A DNA stretch of 64,000 nt from a virus: IMG/VR virus record IMGVR_UViG_3300045988_029816, one strand, 5' to 3'. How positions within the stretch are numbered: position 1 is the stretch's first letter; each line of letters opens with the position of its first letter. The notes beneath the pieces are model-generated. The model had not been told where the DNA came from. It made no database searches and saw only the letters and a program-made list of their open reading frames with translations. Positions 57,058 through 64,000 of this stretch are shown one piece after another. A program made the position numbers and the translations under genes.

Positions 57058-57291
57058 TTAACATATTGTTACTTCTCCCACACTCCAGGATGGATTTTTA
57101 ACGAATATTGCGCCATTATTATTAATGGTGATATCGCATGGAGCTTTATGAGAGCAGTTAGCCAAATGAATAAGTGCGAATCTAGCTTCTATAGCTTGAT
57201 TCTCACTAGGGTACTTGGATTCAAATACCAATGTTTTTGTATTCTTACCCTTTCCCTTAGCTTTTGTCGTATATACTGGAATCTTCCACAT
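57058..57291 (-). CDS. Hypothetical protein (77 aa)
   Basis: Intact ORF with a TAA stop. Confidence 0.5.
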   Translation of the reverse strand: MWKIPVYTTKAKGKGKNTKTLVFESKYPSENQAIEARFALIHLANCSHKAPCDITINNNGAIFVKNPSWSVGEVTIC

Positions 57292-57403
57292 AATCTAAAG
57301 GATTTAGTTTGTTTTTAAACTTGTCACGCTTATATGCCTTTACTTTGGCTTCTGCGTGACGCTGACGATACACTTTCTTAGTATTACGTTGTGTTTTATA
57401 CAT
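57257..57403 (-). CDS. Possible small basic protein (48 aa), below the track threshold
   Basis: Hand translation gives MYKTQRNTKKVYRQRHAEAKVKAYKRDKFKNKLNPLDYVEDSSIYDKS*. The ATG is 2 nt after the upstream TAA. It overlaps the next gene's start by 35 nt. Confidence 0.3.
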   Translation of the reverse strand: MYKTQRNTKKVYRQRHAEAKVKAYKRDKFKNKLNPLDYVEDSSIYDKS

Positions 57404-57405
57404 AG

Positions 57406-57825
57406 TTACATGTTATCTTGAACCGTTTTAAATACACAAATAATATCGGTAGAAATACCGTAAGAATCACGCATTCTCTTACTTATACCACCAGACATAA
57501 CTCTGATGGCATTCATAAGAGATTCATTGTTAGGCTCATTAGTTATAGCCTCTGACAATGCAAGCAACAGCTTCATCTTGGAGCAGAAAAACTTACCAAA
57601 TCTTTTTTTCACGTAGATGCACGCAGACTCTACAACAGAAAGTTCTGTAGCATTCTTGGCTTCTGCGTGACCGATAATAATGGAATTAACTTCCGTTTCA
57701 TCCATTGTAACTGCATGCACATCCTTAACATCAGGTTTAACTGTGTTCAGTTGTGAAGCTATTGCCATAACTTCAGATGGATCCAAACTAGAACCATCGT
57801 AAGAGATAATAATGTACCGCTTCAT
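57406..57825 (-). CDS. Hypothetical protein (139 aa)
   Basis: Intact ORF. Its ATG lies 2 nt after the upstream TAG stop. Confidence 0.6.
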   Translation of the reverse strand: MKRYIIISYDGSSLDPSEVMAIASQLNTVKPDVKDVHAVTMDETEVNSIIIGHAEAKNATELSVVESACIYVKKRFGKFFCSKMKLLLALSEAITNEPNNESLMNAIRVMSGGISKRMRDSYGISTDIICVFKTVQDNM

Positions 57826-57827
57826 AG

Positions 57828-58319
57828 CTAATCCTCCTTTGTTGTTATGTTAGTACTGGAGGACTGCACGATCTGTACATGCTTACCGTCGATAATAGTA
57901 TCAACCATTTCTACGTTAGGGATATCAGGAGGAGCAATCGCATTGTATTGATCCTGTTCATCAGGAAGATTCAAATATACATGCTTGTTCATCTCGAACT
58001 CGTTCGATATACTCATCTTAGTCAATGGTTTCCCAGATTTTTCTAAGACCGATACCACATCGCGCATAACCTTTTCAGGTATGCTGAAGAACACTGAGTC
58101 CTGATGTCTCCATTGACCTTCCGATCTCTGAAACTCTATAACGTCAGAACAGTCGGTAAATGTAGGATTGTCAATATCCTGCATCATCTTTGATACCATG
58201 AGCGAGTCATCGTGTTTGATCTCACTCTTAGTTTTTTTCATGTAGTCACATGACGATACTGTGACGGCTACAATAAGCATGATTAAGCACATGCTAAGCT
58301 TTTCGAATAATCTCTTCAT
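57828..58319 (-). CDS. Lipoprotein (signal peptide plus lipobox), terminated by TAG
   Basis: The N-terminus is MKRLFEKLSMCLIMLIVAVTVSSC, with lipobox VSSC. The stop is TAG (+ CTA 57828-57830). Confidence 0.65.
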   Translation of the reverse strand: MKRLFEKLSMCLIMLIVAVTVSSCDYMKKTKSEIKHDDSLMVSKMMQDIDNPTFTDCSDVIEFQRSEGQWRHQDSVFFSIPEKVMRDVVSVLEKSGKPLTKMSISNEFEMNKHVYLNLPDEQDQYNAIAPPDIPNVEMVDTIIDGKHVQIVQSSSTNITTKED

Positions 58320-58390
58320 TTTGATAATTTATTAGAGATTCAACAAATGTTAACTATCCGGGTTTTAAAGATTCACGGAATCATCTTTTG

Positions 58391-58464
58391 TGGACCAGCT
58401 AGGGCTTGAACCTAGGACCTCCAGATTATGAGTCTGTTGCTCTAACCAACTGAGCTACAAGTCC
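58391..58464 (-). tRNA. tRNA-Met (anticodon CAT; could equally be an Ile-lysidine type)
   Basis: In - sense it reads GGACTTG-TA-GCTC-AGTTGGTTA-GAGC-A-ACAGA-CTCATAA-TCTGG-AGGTC-CTAGG-TTCAAGC-CCTAG-CTGGTCC-A. It is a canonical cloverleaf with one acceptor mismatch. Confidence 0.85.
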
Positions 58465-58660
58465 AAATATGGGCAATTTTCACTGGTTATATTTAAACCA
58501 TTCCATTGTCTCCTACTATCTAACGTTCTTTTTCTTTCTAACTCAAATGATTAATTTTAAAGTAATTACGCTATTTAATAGAGTTGTAGGGAGTTGTTTG
58601 GTACCCATTTGTAATTTTATACAGACTTGAACTGTTATGTAGGCCTCTAACCTAATAAAT

Positions 58661-58690
58661 CTCGGGGACGGTATAAACCGCCCCCTTGAA
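58661..58690 (-). terminator. GC-rich hairpin just downstream of gene 58698..58901
   Basis: + strand: GGGGACGG-TATAAA-CCGCCCCC (8-bp stem, one mismatch). In - sense it is followed by GAGATTTATT. Confidence 0.4.
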
Positions 58691-58697
58691 ATGCAAC

Positions 58698-58901
58698 TTA
58701 ATTAAATTTTTCCGTCCAATATGATATAAAATATATAATACTGGAGATCAAGATTATTATCAACATAACAATTACTACTATCAACGAAAAATCGCTTATG
58801 TTAGTTATATTCGTTATGTTTGACAATAAGTCAAAAAGAGGGAATGCCAAAATAATTATTAACGCTATTGATACGAATAGCTCTCCATGTTCTTTTATCA
58901 T
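58698..58901 (-). CDS. Small membrane protein (67 aa)
   Basis: It has two hydrophobic segments. It is joined by an ATGA overlap to the upstream gene. Confidence 0.5.
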   Translation of the reverse strand: MIKEHGELFVSIALIIILAFPLFDLLSNITNITNISDFSLIVVIVMLIIILISSIIYFISYWTEKFN

Positions 58902-59170
58902 AGATATAATGCTATTTGTGATATCTCTTCATAGTCATCTTCACTGACAAACCATGAATCGTTATCTGTTGTTAAATAACTCTTTCTTGATCCCAAATCT
59001 ACATCACTTAATGATAATACACACATATCATCAGGATTTGCAGATTTATAATCTTTTAACTCTACGTTTTCATCACTACAATGCGCTTTAAGTCTACGCA
59101 ATGATGAGTGATGGCGTCTAACTTCTAATTCTTCGTCAGACATTTGTCCGTTTTTTCTACGTTTTGCCAT
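58898..59170 (-). CDS. Hypothetical protein (90 aa)
   Basis: Intact ORF in the operon. Confidence 0.5.
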   Translation of the reverse strand: MAKRRKNGQMSDEELEVRRHHSSLRRLKAHCSDENVELKDYKSANPDDMCVLSLSDVDLGSRKSYLTTDNDSWFVSEDDYEEISQIALYL

Positions 59171-59172
59171 AA

Positions 59173-59364
59173 TTAAGGACTAATAAAAATTATTCCGTCT
59201 TCAATGCATGATGGTGATTTTTCGTTCAAATCCTTTGAATCGTTTACTTTTGGACAAGAGAAAGGATTGTTAAAGATACACCCATTGCAATTGTATTGAC
59301 GTTTAGCCCTAACAATAATGCCATTTATTTTGTAGATTCTGCCAGGACTAAGTTTTTTACTCAT
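59173..59364 (-). CDS. Hypothetical Cys-containing small protein (63 aa)
   Basis: Intact ORF. CNGC...C...C spacing suggests a small zinc ribbon (weak call). Confidence 0.45.
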   Translation of the reverse strand: MSKKLSPGRIYKINGIIVRAKRQYNCNGCIFNNPFSCPKVNDSKDLNEKSPSCIEDGIIFISP

Positions 59365-59819
59365 AGTTCACCTATTAATTGAAGCTTGTACATTGGTTGC
59401 TTAACTGGAACCATTTCGTATCCTTTACGAATTTCATCAACTTTTCGTAATACTCTAGATATTTTTCCAAGTTGATATACTCTATGTATGGTCTCACCCT
59501 TGGTGTAAGCTAGTATGAAACATACAAATCTTGATGGATTAGCATATAGCTTATCATATACAGGTGATACGCTATGATAGAATGCACCAATACCTTTCGT
59601 TGTGTTGATTTTATCCATATCATTTTTACTAACCAAAATCTTTGTTGCTTTTCCTTCCTTTCCTAGATGTTCTGACCTATATATATAGTATTTTCCAGTT
59701 GATACATCTCTAACAGCTGTGCACTTGTCGCTGATGTTATTGATTACTACCATTAAACCACCTACCATTATGCCACTAGGCAACACTTGGCGTACTACGT
59801 CTCCTTTACTAAACTTCAT
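59361..59819 (-). CDS. Hypothetical protein (152 aa)
   Basis: Intact ORF with ATGA overlaps on both sides. Confidence 0.55.
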   Translation of the reverse strand: MKFSKGDVVRQVLPSGIMVGGLMVVINNISDKCTAVRDVSTGKYYIYRSEHLGKEGKATKILVSKNDMDKINTTKGIGAFYHSVSPVYDKLYANPSRFVCFILAYTKGETIHRVYQLGKISRVLRKVDEIRKGYEMVPVKQPMYKLQLIGEL

Positions 59820-60196
59820 TTATGTACAAATTTGATTTTGTATCGAACAATTGATGTAATTACACCATTTCTTAACCTAATGCCAAGTGTAGGCTCAATA
59901 GAGAATTGCTTGCATGTGTTAATATAGTCTACAACACTCTTTGAGATTGGAATAATCTCTGAGAATCCTGCAGACTTATCAACATACACAGCTAGATACT
60001 TAACGGTTTTACCGTTAACACTCGGTTTCTGTACTATTTGTTTAATACATTCAACCTTGCAAACCATTGTGTCTATTGCAGCTTTTTGCTGCGCTTGACA
60101 CTTTGAAGTCAATAACAATAACATTATTATTATGACTATCGCAATCAGTGGGCCAGGACTTTGATTTTCCGGCTTTTCGTACAATTTTACACCCAT
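59816..60196 (-). CDS. Membrane-anchored hypothetical protein
   Basis: The track ORF extends to 60241. The ATG at 60196 lies 1 nt after the upstream stop and is the likelier start. The TM segment is GPLIAIVIIIMLLLLTS. Confidence 0.5.
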   Translation of the reverse strand: MGVKLYEKPENQSPGPLIAIVIIIMLLLLTSKCQAQQKAAIDTMVCKVECIKQIVQKPSVNGKTVKYLAVYVDKSAGFSEIIPISKSVVDYINTCKQFSIEPTLGIRLRNGVITSIVRYKIKFVHK

Positions 60197-60197
60197 A

Positions 60198-60599
60198 TTA
60201 AAAACCGTTTGTAATTCTACAAATACATCCTGCAGATTCAAGAGTATCCTTCATAGTGTTAATGAAGCTTTCATCAGGAGACTGAGACAACAGTATGTCA
60301 TGTTTATCATCAGCAGCTGTGTCTACAATAGCCTTTGCTCTTTCTATAGGCATGTTTAACTGAAGTGACAGCGTTCTTACTGTACTCAGCTTCTTATTAT
60401 CTTCTACTTTGTCTAAGTATAAGTAATAAGTAGTTTGTACTGGAATGCCATTAGCTTCTTTTTTGGCTACTGCTTCTTCCATCTCCATAGATGATACAAC
60501 TGCTAACAGTAAGTTAACATTATGTCTCATATCTTTTGTGCTTGAACACTCTGACTGGAACTTGATTTTTCCGTCGTTCTGAATAGTAACATTCAACAT
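60198..60599 (-). CDS. Protein with ribosomal bL12 (L7/L12) C-terminal-domain-like region
   Basis: 'KKLSTVRTLSLQLNMPIERAKAIVDTAADDKHDILLSQSPDESFINTMKDTLESAGCICRI' follows the bL12 CTD pattern '[53 protein letters not shown]'. Confidence 0.45.
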   Translation of the reverse strand: MLNVTIQNDGKIKFQSECSSTKDMRHNVNLLLAVVSSMEMEEAVAKKEANGIPVQTTYYLYLDKVEDNKKLSTVRTLSLQLNMPIERAKAIVDTAADDKHDILLSQSPDESFINTMKDTLESAGCICRITNGF

Positions 60600-60603
60600 A
60601 AGA

Positions 60604-60858
60604 TTAATGAATTGTTATGAATTTAACACTTGTCTTGCCAGCTCCTGGAACATTTGAATGTTTGTTGTTAATATAACTATTCAAAGTATTTTCCAAAGAT
60701 TTGGCATTACATTTACTTAATCCAGAAGAGAGGATCATTGTAGATCCTCCCTCCTTAGCAACTACCTTGTAGTTAAGGTATTCAGCATCAGGCTTCCCTT
60801 TTGCTGACTGTGGCTTAACTGCTTGGTTATGCGTTTGCTTGTGTTTCTTCTGATTCAT
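60604..60858 (-). CDS. Hypothetical basic protein
   Basis: The track ORF is 60604..60894. The internal ATG at 60858 (MNQKKHK...) reduces overlap with the upstream gene. Confidence 0.45.
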   Translation of the reverse strand: MNQKKHKQTHNQAVKPQSAKGKPDAEYLNYKVVAKEGGSTMILSSGLSKCNAKSLENTLNSYINNKHSNVPGAGKTSVKFITIH

Positions 60859-61243
60859 CACCTGTGCAAATGAATGGTTTACAATCCAGACCAATGGCCT
60901 TAATTACATTAGGCTCACTGAGTTTGTCTTCTGCGACTTCGCTAATTCCTCTAGCGATAAATGCAAGATGTCTCAAGTCATCAATGCTGTTGAATTTACC
61001 ATCAACTTCAACTGTCACCTTAATGGTCTGCTCCTCTGTTACGGCGTCCAGTTCAACGTCAATAGATCTCAAGATTGGAATGTGTTTCTTGAACTTAGTC
61101 TCCACGTAACTAGGAGCATCCAAATCAACATGATCTGGAGACAGTGTACGAGATACTGTTACTACTGTTTTGTTACCGTCAGCAAAAACTTCTGACCCAA
61201 GCTTTGGGTATCCTTCACCCAACAATTTTTCGATAATGTTCAT
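60827..61243 (-). CDS. Hypothetical protein (138 aa)
   Basis: Intact ORF preceded by a TTATCAAAAT-type leader. Confidence 0.6.
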   Translation of the reverse strand: MNIIEKLLGEGYPKLGSEVFADGNKTVVTVSRTLSPDHVDLDAPSYVETKFKKHIPILRSIDVELDAVTEEQTIKVTVEVDGKFNSIDDLRHLAFIARGISEVAEDKLSEPNVIKAIGLDCKPFICTGDESEETQANA

Positions 61244-61384
61244 AATTTTGATAATTAAACATTGTTTATTTTTGTGTAAGACTTACCGCTTACACTCGGT
61301 ATAAAAAGTGTTCCATCTGTATTTGTAGAGGCTTTGGACTCTCAGCTTACGCTGGCTACATTAAACACTTAGGGTTGATGCAAC

Positions 61385-61609
61385 TCAACCCTTATGTTTT
61401 GATATTGGCTTAATCATTAAACCTACTGGTAGTTCCATGCAGAAATCATATTTTTCATAATTTCTTTCAAAGCAAACAAAGCAATCATTCATGCACCAAT
61501 ATTTTTTTACAATTCTAAATACACGATTATTAATTGTTACTAATTGCCCTGGTTTGTATCTTTTACGAGTACCAGATATCTTCTGTATGTTCTTCTTTGT
61601 CGAATTCAT
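61385..61609 (-). CDS. Hypothetical small protein (74 aa)
   Basis: Intact ORF. An 8-bp hairpin AGGGTTGA-TGCAAC-TCAACCCT (61372-61393) spans its stop. Confidence 0.5.
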   Translation of the reverse strand: MNSTKKNIQKISGTRKRYKPGQLVTINNRVFRIVKKYWCMNDCFVCFERNYEKYDFCMELPVGLMIKPISKHKG

Positions 61610-61614
61610 TCATA

Positions 61615-61905
61615 CTACTTTACAATTAATTCATCTACCTTAGATTTAGCTTCCAAATAATCAGCACCGTAATCTGTCTCAAGATCTGTATCCATGAGGT
61701 CAAGATTATGTGTTCCATCGAGAGAGTCTAAAAGCGTCTCAGTGCATTTATAATACTCTTCGTACGCTTTTACTTTTTTCTCTGCTCTGTTATTACTACC
61801 TTTTACAGCATTAATACCAAAGCAGGCACCAACAATGACACCAATAACTGCTCCAATAAAGAACAGATTCAATTGGTCCATAAAAGAATGTTTCTTATCT
61901 TCCAT
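61615..61905 (-). CDS. Membrane protein (96 aa), terminated by TAG
   Basis: The TM segment is LFFIGAVIGVIVGACFGI. The stop is TAG (+ CTA 61615-61617). Confidence 0.55.
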   Translation of the reverse strand: MEDKKHSFMDQLNLFFIGAVIGVIVGACFGINAVKGSNNRAEKKVKAYEEYYKCTETLLDSLDGTHNLDLMDTDLETDYGADYLEAKSKVDELIVK

Positions 61906-62421
61906 ATCTATATATATTTTGATTAATAATCTATAAAAATGGTATATCTATCCTCACGAACCGATATACCTGCATGGAAATAAAACCTGTTGATAACTAA
62001 AAAATGATTTAATAAAGGTGTAGTGGTTACTGGACTTGAACCGTCGCTATGTGTGCGCTTTTATAGCCAAGTACGATACCCATATAATGAATTCGTACAT
62101 AGTATACCCTCTTGCTTCAGCAAGTGTATAATAACCACTATCCGTCTTTCCGGATCGTCATGGAGATTAGGTCTACATTTGACAGCTTGCACCCTTTGCA
62201 AATAGGCTGTAGTTACCATATCTCAGTTTTACATGTAAACCCATTCCTAGGTTAACCCTCTGTGTCCTACAAGCGACCCTCTTATAGCTTTGCAAGTACC
62301 ATAAGCACGTGTTGTAGTTCATGGGCTTGGGACCATGACTGCCACATTACTCCTACGATTTATCACGTTAGCGTAGGCGCTCCGTCATCCTGGTTTGTAT
62401 ACCGCATGAGATAACGGTTAA

Positions 62422-62449
62422 ATACAACTATCTTCACAGACCATTGTAT
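62422..62449. repeat. Family-B hairpin copy 1
   Basis: + strand: ATACAA-CTATCTTCACAGACCA-TTGTAT (6-bp stem, 16-nt loop). Confidence 0.65.
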
Positions 62450-62577
62450 TTAGGGGATAAAATGCTTATGAATAATGAATATCAGACTACAGTATGATGC
62501 AAATGTTTACCGTAGTTTCGTCTAGGTCTCATCAGTGATTATGTTAGACTCTCCCTAGCTGAGTTTAAATTAAAAAT

Positions 62578-62605
62578 GTACCACTATCTTCACAGACCAT
62601 GGTAC
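62578..62605. repeat. Family-B hairpin copy 2
   Basis: + strand: GTACCA-CTATCTTCACAGACCA-TGGTAC. The loop is identical to copy 1 and the stem is different. In - sense it is followed by ATTTTTAATTT. Confidence 0.65.
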
Positions 62606-62619
62606 ACGAAACAAATCTA

Positions 62620-62727
62620 CTATTTACCACTCTTGGCAAGAACCTCAATTGTGCAATCAATTTTATATGGAATCTTAGCGTTTTTATTTGTCTTTCCAGA
62701 TGTTAATGCTTGTTTATACTCTTGCAT
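62620..62727 (-). CDS. Possible 35-aa ORF ending TAG TAG
   Basis: Hand translation gives MQEYKQALTSGKTNKNAKIPYKIDCTIEVLAKSGK*. It starts 23 nt after the upstream TAA. Confidence 0.25.
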   Translation of the reverse strand: MQEYKQALTSGKTNKNAKIPYKIDCTIEVLAKSGK

Positions 62728-62749
62728 ATTGAGTTGTGCTGCTATACAT

Positions 62750-62935
62750 TTAATAAATGTAAGATACAGTTACATTATTTCCATTCTTTATGCATGGAAT
62801 ACCACACATATTTAATGATAAAGCGAATTTATCCGCCAAATCAATATTATGGAACACTATTCCAACTCCATACTCTGCTATAAAACAGCTTTGAATTCCA
62901 CTGTTTACCTTTCCGTTCTCGATTATTGTTTTCAT
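62750..62935 (-). CDS. Hypothetical small protein (61 aa)
   Basis: Intact ORF. Confidence 0.45.
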   Translation of the reverse strand: MKTIIENGKVNSGIQSCFIAEYGVGIVFHNIDLADKFALSLNMCGIPCIKNGNNVTVSYIY

Positions 62936-63068
62936 ATTGCGAATATTTATTGATTAAATTTCGTATAATTGATGTTAAATATAAAAACTCAAAAAACAAG
63001 CGTCGTACGCCTTTGGAGATTTATGAAATAAATCGTAATATCTCTTCCGGCATACGCGCTCATTTTTG

Positions 63069-63731
63069 TTATTCTTCGTCATCGGCTTCACCATCATCTT
63101 CTGGTTCTGGTTCCGGAGTATCAACTTTGGCTTTCGCCTTTGCCTCTATTCCTGCTTCCTCTAATGGATACAAGAACGATGCAATCTGCTGACTCATGAC
63201 TGTCTCAGGATCTTCTCCTGGAGCCCAGTCATATGCTGTCTCACCATCCTCGCCAGTAGTTCTCTGCATCCTACAGCATATTGATACTGTAGTATACAAC
63301 TTGATTTTGCCGTTACGACCAACAATCCAATCTCCGGACTTGTGTAGAACATTGCCCTTTGAATCCTTCACGATTGATGTGTACTTTCTTACCATTGGTT
63401 GTGGAAGAACTTTGCTCATGAATACTACACCCTTGATCTGCTTCATCTTAGGGTTCTCGATATCATCACCTTGGATAGTATAGTCTTTCGACTTATCCAG
63501 TTTCTCATCTTCTCCAAGACATTTAGCCTTAAAGAGATTCTTCCACGCCTCAAATGCTCTGTGAGTCTTTGAAGTGTCCATGATAATGTACTGTCCAGCT
63601 GTTGCGTAGAAATCGTCTGGATCTTCAAGTTCCAGAGAAATGTACCAACTACTAGAATTTGTCACACCTTCGATCTTGTTTGCATTCTTAATGTGCTTAA
63701 GAGATGCACTTACAACGTCATACGTAATCAT
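63069..63731 (-). CDS. Hypothetical protein with strongly acidic C-terminal tail (220 aa)
   Basis: Intact ORF. The C-terminus is ...DTPEPEPEDDGEADDEE. It is probably the first gene of the early leftward transcription unit in this window. Confidence 0.6.
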   Translation of the reverse strand: MITYDVVSASLKHIKNANKIEGVTNSSSWYISLELEDPDDFYATAGQYIIMDTSKTHRAFEAWKNLFKAKCLGEDEKLDKSKDYTIQGDDIENPKMKQIKGVVFMSKVLPQPMVRKYTSIVKDSKGNVLHKSGDWIVGRNGKIKLYTTVSICCRMQRTTGEDGETAYDWAPGEDPETVMSQQIASFLYPLEEAGIEAKAKAKVDTPEPEPEDDGEADDEE

Positions 63732-63904
63732 AACTTTGAGAATTTATATGTTTTACAATTTTGTTAAATCGCTATATATTAACACCATTGCTGGTTATCC
63801 CCTTTAAGGATATCATAAGATTTGGGTGTATAGAGATTATCTCATCCCCATCCTCACTCATTCCTAATAGCATACATCCCGCTGATCTTCCGAATGCCGG
63901 AGGC

Positions 63905-63934
63905 CAGGCGGGACGCCTGCACTGCGTAGCAGTG
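63905..63934. promoter_or_regulatory. Two abutting perfect 6-bp / 3-nt-loop GC-rich hairpins upstream of the first early gene
   Basis: + strand: CAGGCG-GGA-CGCCTG immediately followed by CACTGC-GTA-GCAGTG. The surrounding DNA is AT-rich. Confidence 0.5.
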
Positions 63935-64000
63935 GAAAGTGTTTGGGAGAGACTGTGCGTATAATTGATGATAGATCTGAAAGTGATTTTAAAAAAAAAG

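Larger units (their letters stand above)
61906..62619 (-). other. ORF-free, hairpin-rich region (~0.7 kb) with a degenerate tRNA-like segment and two family-B hairpins
   Basis: No ORF of 60 aa or more lies on the - strand. A degenerate T-arm ACGG-TTCAAGT-CC(-)GT lies near 62037-62056. Family-B hairpins lie at 62422-62449 and 62578-62605. Confidence 0.5.

Noticed and set aside
39613-62749. A suppressor tRNA(CUA) in this window
   Set aside because: I scanned the non-coding tracts on both strands for [CT]TAGA / TCTA[AG] heptaloops flanked by 5-bp complementary arms and found none. The tRNAs that fold carry GAC and CAT anticodons. The suppressor is presumably encoded elsewhere or is too aberrant to see by eye.

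Overview
This window reads as a crAss-like (Crassvirales-type) podophage of a Bacteroidota host. It holds two convergent modules that meet at a terminator hairpin near 35.5 kb. Module 1 (1-35472, + strand) is the late/virion/lysis block. Its standard-code ORFs are shredded only by in-frame TAG. Reading TAG as a sense codon (most likely Gln, code 15) fuses the fragments into 13 tightly packed genes that end in TAA or TGA. These include a lysis cassette, an HU/IHF-like protein, a 1568-aa tail protein, a 5201-aa polyvalent protein carrying the crAss-type virion RNA polymerase (DFDID motif), and a 2068-aa companion protein. Module 2 (35522-63731, - strand) is the early/replication block in the standard code. 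It has intact ORFs up to 636 aa, and TAG is a genuine stop three times. It encodes family-B DNA polymerase, DnaB-like helicase, DnaG-like primase, SSB, a Sak4/AAA_24-like ATPase, a PD-(D/E)XK nuclease, a T7 endonuclease-I-like resolvase, an AAA+ ATPase, an ECF sigma factor, a bL12-C-terminal-like protein and many small unknown proteins. About 4.3 kb of module 2 is ORF-free. This includes a 2.1 kb block. These regions hold two canonical tRNAs, several aberrant or orphan tRNA-like T-arm modules, and two families of hairpins with conserved 16-18 nt loops and covarying stems. No suppressor tRNA(CUA) was recognisable by eye. All functional calls come from motif recognition by eye; no searches were run.
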